A stretch of DNA of 64,000 bases. It comes from Cyanophora paradoxa CCMP329. Taxonomy: Eukaryota; Plantae; Glaucophyta. The notes below the pieces were generated by a model. The model worked only from the letters and a program-made list of their open reading frames with translations, was not told the origin of the DNA and made no database searches. Shown here one piece after another: positions 49,945 to 60,263 of this stretch; the first letter of the stretch is position 1, and the number at the start of each line of letters is the position of its first letter. The DNA lies in the NCBI GenBank assembly GCA_004431415.1, contig QPMI01000008.1:1-64000 (forward strand), given 5' to 3'. Both the position numbers and the translations under genes were made by a program.

Positions 49945-52272
49945 TTAATATTCAACATCCTCTCCATTGTCTTCTTGAACCCTTGTTATCTTTCGAAGTC
50001 CAATGTAGCCCCTTGCTCTGGTTCCCTGAATTCGTTTAACCTCTGATTTCACATTGAAGATTTCCCTTACTCTCTTCATCACAGAAACACATTCAACTTT
50101 ATCATCGACACTTCTGTATGATTTGTAAATGATATCACTCGAAACAAAGTCGTTTGCATTATGGGTAACTTCGAAATTATCCCTAAGCCATTCACCAATC
50201 TTATCATTTTCAGCTATAAAGTTTATTCCCTGTTCAATAATCGATTGAGGGGGATTTCTTAAGATCTCTTCAACCTCTTTGTTCTTCCACATATCCAGTA
50301 ATATCTTCATGTGAGCCATCTTATACTCATCATCATTGTGTAGAAGTGTGAACAGTGTTGGGTCAGCTTTCTTCTGACCAGCTTCAGGCTTCTCTCTGAA
50401 TATATTATTGAATCTCTGGTATGAAAGTCTTCTTTGAATTGCAAAGTCTGGTTTATTTATAGTCAAATTGTCATTAGTTGTAATGTAAACCTGGAACATT
50501 GGAGTGAGGATTACTGGGTCTTTGAACAAGGCTCTCACAGTCATTTCATTTCCACCTGTGACCTCCTTAATTTTGGAGATCTGCAGTTTATCACCATCTT
50601 CAGCCTCATTACTGAATACAAGTCGCTTTCCAAGGAGTTTGGCAAGTTCAGGAGTAGCATCTGATGAGTTCTTTTTAGGTTTGGTCCAATAGGATATTTC
50701 GAGAGGGCTATAATAAGCCCCTGAAATCTGTTTGCAGTATTCCTGAACAAGTGATTTACCATTTGCCCCAGCACCAGTCCACATGTAGAACTTCTGTGAT
50801 TTTGTTGATCCACTGAGGGCAATTGCAATAGATGCCAGAAGGTAGTTTCGCTCTGCTGGATCATCTACAATCTCTCTATAAATCTGATTGAGATGGTCTA
50901 CTTTCTTGGGGTCTACATTCTCAGTATAATCATAACCCACACTCTTGCTCACCATATCTTCCAGTTTCCCCTTTCTGAAAGTCATAGTTGTCAGATCAAA
51001 TACACCATTATCGAATCCAATTACATATGGAACTGTATCAATCTTTTCATAGAATTCATCATCATTCAGCAGAGGGAGCAGATCAGTCAGAAGGGATTTG
51101 CGATATCCTGATTGTTTAAGATTTTTGGCAATAGAAATTAATGTTTTCGATTTCTCTTCGAAAGCTGTTCTATTCTCTTCATCCTTCAAAGCTCTTTGGC
51201 TATAATGCACAGCCCTGCCAAGGTATTGAGGGACAACAAGGCAACTTATGTCTAGGTAAATCTTTTGGTTTGTGTCATCATGCTCCCAAATCCCAGTATC
51301 AGTATTGAGTTTGAACCATGACTTTTTGGAGTATCTCCAAGTATGTTGTAGTACCTCTTTGCACACAAGACTGACATCATAATGAGCGCCTCCAGAACCA
51401 GCGGACTTATCAATGAGATTGAAGATATCAGATTGCATTCCAATGAAGATAAATCGTTTTTTGCAATTGCCACTGTAGCTGGACACAATATACTTTTTAT
51501 CTTCTCCTTTGGCTTTCATAACATACCAGTTATTCGATTCATGGGACCCATTGCAGCATGGGCAATTAAGTCCCTTATTAGCAGCATCAAAGTTAAAGCC
51601 CAGTTCAGTTTGAGAGATTATATTGGGATGCATAAAGCCCATATCCACCAGCTCTTTAAGAATACTCTTTTCCAATGCATCATGTGAGGTAGCATTAGCA
51701 GTATACTCACTCTTATAGATATAGTTCTCTGCAATCCACTTTTTAAACTCATCAGTAGGCTCATTGAAATCACAGGTATCATCCCATGGAGCAATTACCC
51801 AGGTCTTGTTGACACTGGGACAAACATTAATTAATCCAGAAGTTCCAGTTCCAGTGATTGTTTTCAGGTCAACCTTTTCAAAGCCTTTAAAGCCTGGAGC
51901 CTTATCGGTGATTTTGAGTTTAGTGAACTCCTCAGGTCGTTTAAAGTAGACATGATAGCCTTTTTTAGTTTTTGCCATGGGCTGATTGGCATCAAAGTCA
52001 TCAGGAAACATATCCCGGAATTTCTCAAAGTTCTCCTCATCATCAAAGTCAATAACCATCATGTTGTCTGAGAGCAGAATGCCCCAAGATACATACTGAT
52101 TAGTTGCCAGCGCTTCCTCATACTTTTCCCAGGACCAAGCACCTCCCTTATGCTTGAAAACTGGGTCTTTGCTGTCAGGTTTCACTGGGATAATCATGTT
52201 TTTGGCGAGTTCCTCATCAGAACGAAGCCAGTTAGCGAGCGATTTGATTAACTTGGTCTGTTTGGCGTTCAT
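49945..52272 (-). CDS. Primase-polymerase (AEP) fused to a D5-like SF3 helicase
   Basis: VIDFDD and KTKKGYHVYF (Prim-Pol); IGFDNGVFDL (D5_N); GAGANGKS; KRLVFSNE; ITTN. Confidence 0.92.
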   Translation of the reverse strand: MNAKQTKLIKSLANWLRSDEELAKNMIIPVKPDSKDPVFKHKGGAWSWEKYEEALATNQYVSWGILLSDNMMVIDFDDEENFEKFRDMFPDDFDANQPMAKTKKGYHVYFKRPEEFTKLKITDKAPGFKGFEKVDLKTITGTGTSGLINVCPSVNKTWVIAPWDDTCDFNEPTDEFKKWIAENYIYKSEYTANATSHDALEKSILKELVDMGFMHPNIISQTELGFNFDAANKGLNCPCCNGSHESNNWYVMKAKGEDKKYIVSSYSGNCKKRFIFIGMQSDIFNLIDKSAGSGGAHYDVSLVCKEVLQHTWRYSKKSWFKLNTDTGIWEHDDTNQKIYLDISCLVVPQYLGRAVHYSQRALKDEENRTAFEEKSKTLISIAKNLKQSGYRKSLLTDLLPLLNDDEFYEKIDTVPYVIGFDNGVFDLTTMTFRKGKLEDMVSKSVGYDYTENVDPKKVDHLNQIYREIVDDPAERNYLLASIAIALSGSTKSQKFYMWTGAGANGKSLVQEYCKQISGAYYSPLEISYWTKPKKNSSDATPELAKLLGKRLVFSNEAEDGDKLQISKIKEVTGGNEMTVRALFKDPVILTPMFQVYITTNDNLTINKPDFAIQRRLSYQRFNNIFREKPEAGQKKADPTLFTLLHNDDEYKMAHMKILLDMWKNKEVEEILRNPPQSIIEQGINFIAENDKIGEWLRDNFEVTHNANDFVSSDIIYKSYRSVDDKVECVSVMKRVREIFNVKSEVKRIQGTRARGYIGLRKITRVQEDNGEDVEY

Positions 52273-52485
52273 TTTCAGCGATTGGGGGTCCCTTTTATAT
52301 ATATAGAAGATTTTTCTTTAAGTAGTTTTGGGTCCCCCAATCATTTTTTGTTGGAAATCGAGAAAGTATCCCTACGAAATTTATCCACATGATATATCGA
52401 GTGGTTCAGATACAAAAACGATAAAGTAGTATTTCAGCGAGTAAACAGCATATCCCCAGCCTAGTAATATGCTGGGAAAAATAAT

Positions 52486-52740
52486 TTAGACATGTTTCGA
52501 TTTTCTCCCTCTGTTTGAGTAAGGGACATCATACAAATACTTGACAAAGCAGACTGCATTGGCTGCATACTTTCGCTGACATGAACTTGCTATTTTCATG
52601 GCTCTATAGGTATCATCGGTTTGATATAGATCTCTTAGCTGTGTGGCTATTTTTTCGTTAAACTTTTTGATTTGAGCCTTACCTTTTTCAGTTTGCTGGT
52701 ACCTCTTCATAGCTCTCTTCTGGGCTTCACTGAGTGGCAT
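52486..52740 (-). CDS. Small basic protein
   Basis: MPLSEAQKRAMKRYQQTEKGK; shares an upstream motif with neighbouring genes. Confidence 0.6.
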   Translation of the reverse strand: MPLSEAQKRAMKRYQQTEKGKAQIKKFNEKIATQLRDLYQTDDTYRAMKIASSCQRKYAANAVCFVKYLYDVPYSNRGRKSKHV

Positions 52741-52796
52741 TTTTCCTCTGTCTCTCTTAATATATATAGAGAATTCTTTAAATCATTTTTTGTTGC

Positions 52797-53114
52797 TCAG
52801 CCAAATGTAATTGTTTCAACATCACATGCATTGTAGTCCAGAATGTTGAATAAGGTGAACTCTGGATACTGTAATGTGTTTCTACAGAATGGGCATTTTG
52901 TATTCCCGACTATTTCCTCTTGCTGTTTCATGCATCCAATACAGACTGTCTTGAAGCATTGATCACATACAAACTGATCATAGCTAGTCTCATCACATTT
53001 ACATAAACTGCATAGAATTCGTTTATATTCTGAGTTTTCACAGGTTTCATTTCTTTCTTTAATACTTCTCATGATGGCTGAAATACTAAGCGTTCTTTGA
53101 CCGTCCGGATTCAT
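52797..53114 (-). CDS. RING-finger protein
   Basis: CSLC..CDQC.K.VCIGC..CPFCR; ATG at 53114 (MNPDG). Confidence 0.75.
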   Translation of the reverse strand: MNPDGQRTLSISAIMRSIKERNETCENSEYKRILCSLCKCDETSYDQFVCDQCFKTVCIGCMKQQEEIVGNTKCPFCRNTLQYPEFTLFNILDYNACDVETITFG

Positions 53115-53226
53115 TCTTGCTATTTGGCTTCTATATATATACAATATAAAAATTCCTTTAAGTATTTTCGCGTTCGGAATATCCCCATTTAAAACCTCCC
53201 CTTTTAGTAGGAACAAGTTAGGAACT

Positions 53227-56200
53227 ATGCCCCGAATCAGCAACAGACTCATAAGAGAGAAGAAATGGGAACTCATGGGATTACTAGGAACACTGTATGC
53301 AGCCCATGAAATCACAGAGGCTGAATATGACCGGGAAATCGGATTTATTTCAAGGGGCAGACCCACTTTAGCAAAATTAACCAGAAAAGCAAATAACCTC
53401 TATGACAAAGTTGAAACTCTTGATGAATTGGATCGCCTGAGGCAAATAGAACCAGAGGCAGAAGATGGTACAGCAATGAATGAATTATATCGCTGGCTCA
53501 CTTACAGAGCCAGAAGGGAAGTTGTTGTTGATGTGATTGAATATTTAGATAGAATTGCAACCTCTCTACCAAAACGTTTAAGAGACAGTCTAGATCAATT
53601 CAGGGCAATCAAAGTTCGCTTATCGTTTATCTGCAAGTTCGTAAAAGTCAGCAATCCACAGGTTTGGATATCGAAATACATTTACAGCGATTATTTTGTA
53701 TTAACCAAATCGAGAAATATTCGAACTGAGCTGAATAAAGCAGCCCAAATGTGTCAGGAGCAGATGAATGTTGTTGATAGCTATCGATTGGAGAGAATCG
53801 AAATGCTCAGAGTTGCTATTATGAGTTATGCCCCAACTGGTGGTTGCTATGTTAAAACACCTGATTCAATTGCAGCCAAGAGAGCCACAGTGAATATTCG
53901 AAATATTGATGATTCTTGCTTCGAAAATGCAGTTTTGGCATGGATCCATAGGAAAGATGTGAATTCCCACAAGAGAAGTGAGCTTACACAATATCGCAAA
54001 TGGAAATACTCACCAACTACATACAATCCTTTGGCACTCAATTTCGATAACATCCCATTCCCTGTTCCCTGTGATGCTGAAATCATTGATAAATTCGAAT
54101 CTCAAAATGCAGGCATCAGCATAAACATATTTGGAATGGATCGAGATGTTATATATCCCCTACATCAATCCAGCAACCCAGGCAGAAAGCAAAAGATTAA
54201 TCTGATGCTCATTCATGATGATGAAGGGAATGGTCACTATATTACAATCATGTCCCTTTCAAGACTTCTCAGAGTTGCCCTTGATAAAACCAAGGATCAA
54301 AAGTTACACTACTGTGACACATGCTTATCTCGATTCAGGTCTGAGGCTAAACTCACTGCTCATGTGGACTCAAACAGATGCATTGATTGGAGACTCTCAA
54401 AGGGAATCACTCCTAAGCCTGAGACCACCATAGAGTTTGGACTGAAAAACCTCAGGAAAACTGTGTGGCTTCCTGTTGTGGTATACTGCAAGATTGAACA
54501 TAGAAGCATCCCCATTGATGCATCAAAATCCAAGAGAGAAGTCTCAGCAGTCAACCTGAGAGTAGTCACTGGGGCAGATGTTCAGGAGTTTCGATTTGAG
54601 GGTCAGGATCCAATGGGAGGTCTCTTTGAATGCTTGGAGTCCAAAGCAAGAGAACTAATCGATTTTCTGTTTACCAATATTCCAATGAATGAACTCACAG
54701 ATGAGCAAAAGGCTGTTTACAGGGCTACCAAACACTGTTACCTTTGCAGTGAGAGGTTCACTAAGGAAAACTTCAAATGCAGGGATCATGATCACCACAC
54801 AGGTCATTACATTGCCCCTGCATGCAGAAACTGCAATCTCCATAGGAGAATCTCAAAGCAAACCAAAGTTGCAGTTGTTGTTGATCAAATGGATGACTGT
54901 GGGACATTCATTTTCAGAAAAATAGCAGGCATGGGTGATAAAAAGCGAATCGAAATCCTTTCGAAAAACTTTGATCAATATCTTTCATTGCAATGGGGTC
55001 TTTACAAGTTCATTGATGCAAGCAATTTCATGGATTTCGGAGCTGCTGATGTAAATGAATTAATGAACAAATTCCAGGCTTTTAGAAGGCTTTCACACTC
55101 AGTATATGGACTTGACCCAGTTCATTATGTATCTGCACCTGGGCTATCTTGGGATGCTATGTTAAGGACCACCAAGGCAAAAATAGAACTCATCAGTGAT
55201 GTAGAGCAATATGAATTTGTTGAGAGGGGAATCAGGGGTGGCTTTGCAACAATGCCTTGTAGGTATGCTGAGGCTGATGGTGAGAACTCCCATATTATGC
55301 TGTTTGATGCTAACAACTTGTATGGCTACTGCTTGAGTCAGCCTATTCCAGTTGGTGATTTTAGATGGGAGACCGAATTCAACCCACAAGATAACAGATC
55401 CAGTTTCCTGGAAGTTGATCTGGATTACCCAATTAGGCTGTTTCTAGATCACAGTGATTTCCCCCTAATTATAAACAAGAAAATAGTAGAATATGCAGAA
55501 TTATCACAATATCAAAAGAGCCTATTGGATCTCTCAGGAGAAGAGCTTGATAAGACCCCTAAGCTAACTGCAACCTTTGGTTCTGTGACAAACTATGTGA
55601 TTTCTGAGCCTCTTCTACAGTATATTCTGACCAAAGGTGTGAAACTAAAGAAGGTTCACAGGGTCCTATCATTTACTGTGGCTCCTGTAATGAAACCCTA
55701 CATTGAGCTGAACACTGATATGAGAAGGAAAGCAGTGAATAAATTCGAGGCTGATTTCTATAAACTCATGAATAACTCAATCTATGGGAAATGCATTGAA
55801 TCATGTAGAGGTAGATCTGTGGTTAAGATTGCCAACAGTGAGAAACTGTTTATGAAATATGCAGCCTCTCCTTTAGTGAAATCAACAAGTCCCATAAGTG
55901 AAAGGGCAGTTGCCTTTGAGTTTTACACAAAGCATGTGAAGCTAGATAAGCCTGTTGCAATTGGGGCTTATGTTTTGGATGCAGCCAAACTGCATAATTA
56001 CAAGTTCTTCTATGATACTGTGAGGTCCCAGTGGTCCAAAGCCAAGTTACTATTCCATGATACTGATTCCTTTTGTCTATACATCGAATCTAAGACCCTT
56101 GAAACAGATATAGAGAATATATCCTATGCATTAGACCTTGGAGGTGATTCAAGAATGACCCCAGGTAAATACAAAAATGAGATGCCAGGTTCTGCTATAT

Positions 56201-56472
56201 TGGAGTATGTAGGTCTGAGAGCCAAAGTTTACAGTTTCAGAACAGCTGAGATTGAGAGAAGTAAGCTATCTGGGACTTCCACTGAGGAACTCCAATTCAA
56301 TGATTTTAAGGAGTGTTTATTTGCAGGTATCAGCAAGACTGTGACTGCAAAGCAGAAGAGAAGGGCAGATCACACAATAATAGATACTGTGAGTAGAAGG
56401 GTTGCCCTAAACTGCTTTGATGCAAAGAGATACATCTTACCAGATGGTATTAATTCTGTTCCTTTTAATTAA
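53227..56472 (+). CDS. Protein-primed family B DNA polymerase (Polinton type)
   Basis: DANNLYG, KLMNNSIYGK, HDTDSF and GLRAKVYS motifs; RDHDHHTG..ACRNCNL Zn insert; N-terminal terminal-protein-like region. Confidence 0.93.
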   Translation: MPRISNRLIREKKWELMGLLGTLYAAHEITEAEYDREIGFISRGRPTLAKLTRKANNLYDKVETLDELDRLRQIEPEAEDGTAMNELYRWLTYRARREVVVDVIEYLDRIATSLPKRLRDSLDQFRAIKVRLSFICKFVKVSNPQVWISKYIYSDYFVLTKSRNIRTELNKAAQMCQEQMNVVDSYRLERIEMLRVAIMSYAPTGGCYVKTPDSIAAKRATVNIRNIDDSCFENAVLAWIHRKDVNSHKRSELTQYRKWKYSPTTYNPLALNFDNIPFPVPCDAEIIDKFESQNAGISINIFGMDRDVIYPLHQSSNPGRKQKINLMLIHDDEGNGHYITIMSLSRLLRVALDKTKDQKLHYCDTCLSRFRSEAKLTAHVDSNRCIDWRLSKGITPKPETTIEFGLKNLRKTVWLPVVVYCKIEHRSIPIDASKSKREVSAVNLRVVTGADVQEFRFEGQDPMGGLFECLESKARELIDFLFTNIPMNELTDEQKAVYRATKHCYLCSERFTKENFKCRDHDHHTGHYIAPACRNCNLHRRISKQTKVAVVVDQMDDCGTFIFRKIAGMGDKKRIEILSKNFDQYLSLQWGLYKFIDASNFMDFGAADVNELMNKFQAFRRLSHSVYGLDPVHYVSAPGLSWDAMLRTTKAKIELISDVEQYEFVERGIRGGFATMPCRYAEADGENSHIMLFDANNLYGYCLSQPIPVGDFRWETEFNPQDNRSSFLEVDLDYPIRLFLDHSDFPLIINKKIVEYAELSQYQKSLLDLSGEELDKTPKLTATFGSVTNYVISEPLLQYILTKGVKLKKVHRVLSFTVAPVMKPYIELNTDMRRKAVNKFEADFYKLMNNSIYGKCIESCRGRSVVKIANSEKLFMKYAASPLVKSTSPISERAVAFEFYTKHVKLDKPVAIGAYVLDAAKLHNYKFFYDTVRSQWSKAKLLFHDTDSFCLYIESKTLETDIENISYALDLGGDSRMTPGKYKNEMPGSAILEYVGLRAKVYSFRTAEIERSKLSGTSTEELQFNDFKECLFAGISKTVTAKQKRRADHTIIDTVSRRVALNCFDAKRYILPDGINSVPFN

Positions 56473-56475
56473 GAG

Positions 56476-57861
56476 ATGCCAGCAACTGGAAGAATAGTTA
56501 GGAGAACCACTGAGCAACTGCAAGGTAACCTACTGCCTATCACAGTTCCAAAGGAGGAAAAAGGGGAATCTCGAATTGTTAAAAAGTCTGAAATGAAAGA
56601 GCTTGTCCCAGTAGAGATCCCAGTTGCTATTGCAGTGAAAGAAACTAGCAAGATTGCCAAGAGATTCTATGATGTGAGAACTGGTTACAAAGGGCTTCAA
56701 GCTATGAGGGCTGAGTTACCAGATGAATCCTACAAGCAGTTGCAAGAGTTCTATAAAAAGCAAGAGGTAGTTCAGATCAATGCACCTGCTATATCTAGAA
56801 AGAGAGATCCCATGGTTCCAATAAGGCAACCCCTTGATACCTATGTGATTGATTTGCTCTTTTTCCCAGCTTATAAGAAACAAAACAATGGCTATGATAC
56901 ATTTATGACTGCAATGGAATCAACACTGAGAACTGGATATATCATACCTATAAGGGATAAATCAGCTCTCACTACATTAGCTGCATTTAAACAGCTTGAG
57001 ATGAGAGTAGCAAGACCCATAGTAAAGGTTCAATCAGATGCTGGGAGTGAATTCCAAAATCGAATATTCCAGGAGTATTTATCTAGTAAATACATAGAAC
57101 ACCAAGTGAGTGGAACTGCAGACCATAGGAGCCAAGGTCGAATTGAAGCCTTTAACAAGCAGATTAAAAGATTGATCACAAACTACTGCATAGCTAATAA
57201 CACAGCTAGATTCTTTGATGTGTTGGGTGATATTGAGTATAATTACAATAATACAGTTCATTCAGCTACTAAGATGAAGCCAGTTGAAACTACAGAGGAG
57301 CATTATAGGTATATAGTGGGATTAGAAGATGAAAGATTCAAGAAATCAATAGCTTATCTTGATACCATGCAGCCTGGCATGTTTGTTAGAGTGAAAGTGG
57401 AGAAGAATCCCTTTGCTAAACAGGGTAACAATTGGTCTAGGATGGTTTACACTGTTGATAGTAGAGAAGGCTTCAAGTTTAAGCTAAAGAGTCCCACTGG
57501 AGAGATCATAGATAACAGGTTTGCTTTCCATGAGCTGTTGCCTGTGAATGCAGTTGAGTATCTGGAAACCCCTACAGTAGATGCCTTAGAGCAAGCTAAA
57601 GAGGAAGCTAGGGTTGATGCTGCTATAAGAAGAGAGGGCATAGAAGCTGCTAATGAAGTCCCAGATAAGCCTTTGATAGAGGCTAGAAAGGAGAAGGCTG
57701 GCAAAGTTAACAGGGAACTCAAAAAGCTCACTATAGCAGGCACACAGAAACTTTCAGAAGTGAATAGCCAAAGATGGTATAATGACTTTCAGACTACTAA
57801 GGAGTCATATACAGCCCCTAAACCTCAGAGAACACTAAGAGAAAGGACCAAAACTAGCTAG
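56476..57861 (+). CDS. Retroviral-type (rve, DDE) integrase
   Basis: YVIDL, VQSDAGSEF, QGRIEAFNKQIK, YNNTVHSATKMKP. Confidence 0.93.
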   Translation: MPATGRIVRRTTEQLQGNLLPITVPKEEKGESRIVKKSEMKELVPVEIPVAIAVKETSKIAKRFYDVRTGYKGLQAMRAELPDESYKQLQEFYKKQEVVQINAPAISRKRDPMVPIRQPLDTYVIDLLFFPAYKKQNNGYDTFMTAMESTLRTGYIIPIRDKSALTTLAAFKQLEMRVARPIVKVQSDAGSEFQNRIFQEYLSSKYIEHQVSGTADHRSQGRIEAFNKQIKRLITNYCIANNTARFFDVLGDIEYNYNNTVHSATKMKPVETTEEHYRYIVGLEDERFKKSIAYLDTMQPGMFVRVKVEKNPFAKQGNNWSRMVYTVDSREGFKFKLKSPTGEIIDNRFAFHELLPVNAVEYLETPTVDALEQAKEEARVDAAIRREGIEAANEVPDKPLIEARKEKAGKVNRELKKLTIAGTQKLSEVNSQRWYNDFQTTKESYTAPKPQRTLRERTKTS

Positions 57862-58086
57862 TTTGCTAGGCAAAAACTCGTTTTTTCCAAATATATGTAT
57901 GACAGATATACATATATGCATATGATATACACATAGTCTTGAAGATCTTATCACGCGCTTCACAGCGCTATGCAGAACGTTGCGTTTTGATGATCTGGTG
58001 ATGAGATATAACAGTTTGAAGATGCGAAAGTCACTTGCCATAGTGGACTTGGTGAAACACTAGCCCAGGAGTCGACTTGGAAGTAA

Positions 58087-58153
58087 GTCGCTTTTGGCTC
58101 AGCGGTTAAGGCGCTTGGATTTCCGAGTCGCAATTCAAATCCGCTCGGGAACC
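58087..58153 (+). ncRNA. Degenerate tRNA-like / Pol III type-2 promoter element
   Basis: A-box TGGCTCAGCGG (58095-58105) followed by TTAAGGCG; stem CTTGG/CCGAG; B-box-like ATTCAAATCC. Confidence 0.4.
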
Positions 58154-58760
58154 TTTACTTCGTTCGCCGTGAAACTTGAATTCTAGATTAATGCTGTACC
58201 CGTCTGGAAAATCATTATTCACGTTTGCTACGATATCTCAGCACCAACTTATCAAATCGATGCGCTTTAAACGTCATAAAATCGAGCATTTCAAGGCGGT
58301 CTGAGCGCTTATCAGCCATATCGACATTTCGATAACCCTGACTCGAAATCGCGGTGAAAGCGATTTTGAATTTTATTTTAAATTCGAATTAAATCCATAA
58401 AACGTGAGTTTTTAATATAGATCACCAGGAAGTTATCAAATCGATGCACTGACGATCGAATATTATCAAATATATCATACATAACAATAACTTGCAATCA
58501 CATATACGAATCTCGATGTGTATACATCGCTATTACGATTAAAGCGAGTTTTGAAATTCAAAATAATTCGATTAAATTCGATTATAACTCAAAAATCGCG
58601 AGTTTTAACCATATACTTATCAATTCGATCAACGTATGATATCTTATATTCCGCTATATTGTATTGCTTCGATAAACGTGATCACATATATGAAAACATC
58701 AATCTAACATTGCATTTAGTAAGCATCTCCCCAAGATTCCCCCTATTATATAATATTTAT

Positions 58761-59783
58761 ATTAAAGTGGACTCAAGGTTGACTCATATTAATCGATAGT
58801 ATATGGATTTTGTTACGAATTCAATGCAAGGGTTGACTAAGTGGGTTGAGTTGACTCAAATTTCACAGGAAATAACAATGAATCAGAGTATAAAATGCAT
58901 TTTTTGAATCAACTACACCAACTAACACTGAGATTTTCACAATATAAGAGGTCCTTACTGAATATGGTATGTGTCACAGGTGTCACAGGTTTATCCCAAA
59001 GTTTCTCCTATAAAGAGTGAATTTTCAAAAGTTTGGGATGGACCTGTGACACCTGTGACACTCGATTAAATCATTTATTCATTTAATTAGAAATACATAG
59101 ATAAGATTATTACTGAGTTTTTCATTATAAAAGAGATCCTTACTAAATATGGTATGTGTCACAGGTGTCACAGGTTTATCCCAAAGTTTCTCCTATAAAG
59201 AATGAATTTTCAAAAGTTTGGGATGGACCTGTGACACCTGTGACACCCAATTATTTCAAAAATCCTAAGGGTCCCCCCTTAGACTCAATAAAACAATGAT
59301 AAAATCATATAAGTTTCATGTATAATTACGATTGGATTCAATAAGAGATCTATTTGTTTTATTAAACAAATGAATCATTTATGGATCTTAATCGAGTTAA
59401 GCGATATATTTCCGATTAAATGAATTAAATTTAATTAAATTTAATCGAGAAAGTACATGAATATAATATCGATTAAATCAATTAACAAAAAGACCAATCA
59501 CACATAGTAAAATGCGGAGTTTTAACCAGAGGCAAGATCTAATTGAGATTCAGTTATATTATTCGGAAATATATACAGATTATCGATTAACTCAGTAAGA
59601 CTAATCGGAAAATAAGAGAAATTTACGATAAAATATCGAAAAGAATACAAAATAATCGAAATAAATGAATATTCGATAAGATATACACAGATTATCGATT
59701 GATTGAAATAGAATATACGAGATATATCAACAAAATCAATTAAGATTAAGCCGAGGGTTAAAACTCCGCATTTTACTATGTGT
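58761..59783 (-). repeat. Right terminal inverted repeat (1023 bp)
   Basis: Ends CTCCGCATTTTACTATGTGT; mirror of 32127-33149. Confidence 0.95.
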
Positions 59784-59913
59784 AAGGGGCCGGCGGTGCC
59801 TCAGGGCGGCCTGATGGCCGGCGGCTCGCAGTACGACGCCTTCAAGCCGATGGCGAAGACGAAGAACACGAAGACAATGCCGAGCTTCACGAACGTTCAG
59901 TTCCTGTCCAAAG
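59784..59913 (+). CDS. Right TSD and remainder of the interrupted CDKL exon
   Basis: AAG GGG CCG.. = KGPAVPQGGLMAGGSQYDAFKPMAKTKNTKTMPSFTNVQFLSK, in frame with RKSKG at the left junction and followed by a GTGAG donor. Confidence 0.8.
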
Positions 59914-60263
59914 GTGAGCGGACGGGCGGGCGAACGGGCGAACGAACGTTCCCCCCCGGCGAGCGATCGCTGAATAACGAATTTAATTCCAAATGCAAGT
60001 GCGTGGAGGATCCCGGTGCACGTGCGCCGCGGCCGAGGTCGCGCGTTCGTATCGAGTTCAAAGCGAACGCTGAGCAACTATGACCCGGCGAGATCTAGCT
60101 ATAGCTAGATCTAGATCTCTAGAGGACCGTCGACGTCGCTGCTGTACTGCACTGCGGCAGCTGTGAGCCTGCATGCGCACTGAGAATCGTGTATCCCGAC
60201 TCGGAGACTCAAACGTGCTTGGCCAGCGCCCGCGCCACGCAAGCACCACATCCCCAAAACGGA

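Larger units (their letters stand above)
32127..59783. mobile_element. Endogenous Polinton-like virus / Maverick-Polinton-type element, 27,657 bp
   Basis: Abrupt drop to AT-rich, intronless DNA; 1023-bp TIRs; 6-bp TSD; MCP, penton-like, A32 ATPase, pPolB, primase-SF3 helicase and rve integrase genes. Confidence 0.96.

Noticed and set aside
58087-58153. Functional tRNA
   Set aside because: The anticodon loop is only 4 nt, and there is no proper acceptor or T stem; kept only as a tRNA-like element.
57835-58799. Short ORFs 57835-58041 and 58518-58799
   Set aside because: No motifs, atypical composition, and the second runs into the TIR.
32127-59783. Bacterial or phage contamination, or chimeric assembly
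   Set aside because: TIRs, a 6-bp TSD and in-frame restoration of the host exon indicate true integration.
32127-59783. Canonical virophage or classical Polinton call
   Set aside because: No adenain-like cysteine protease recognised, and the MCP family cannot be fixed without a profile search.
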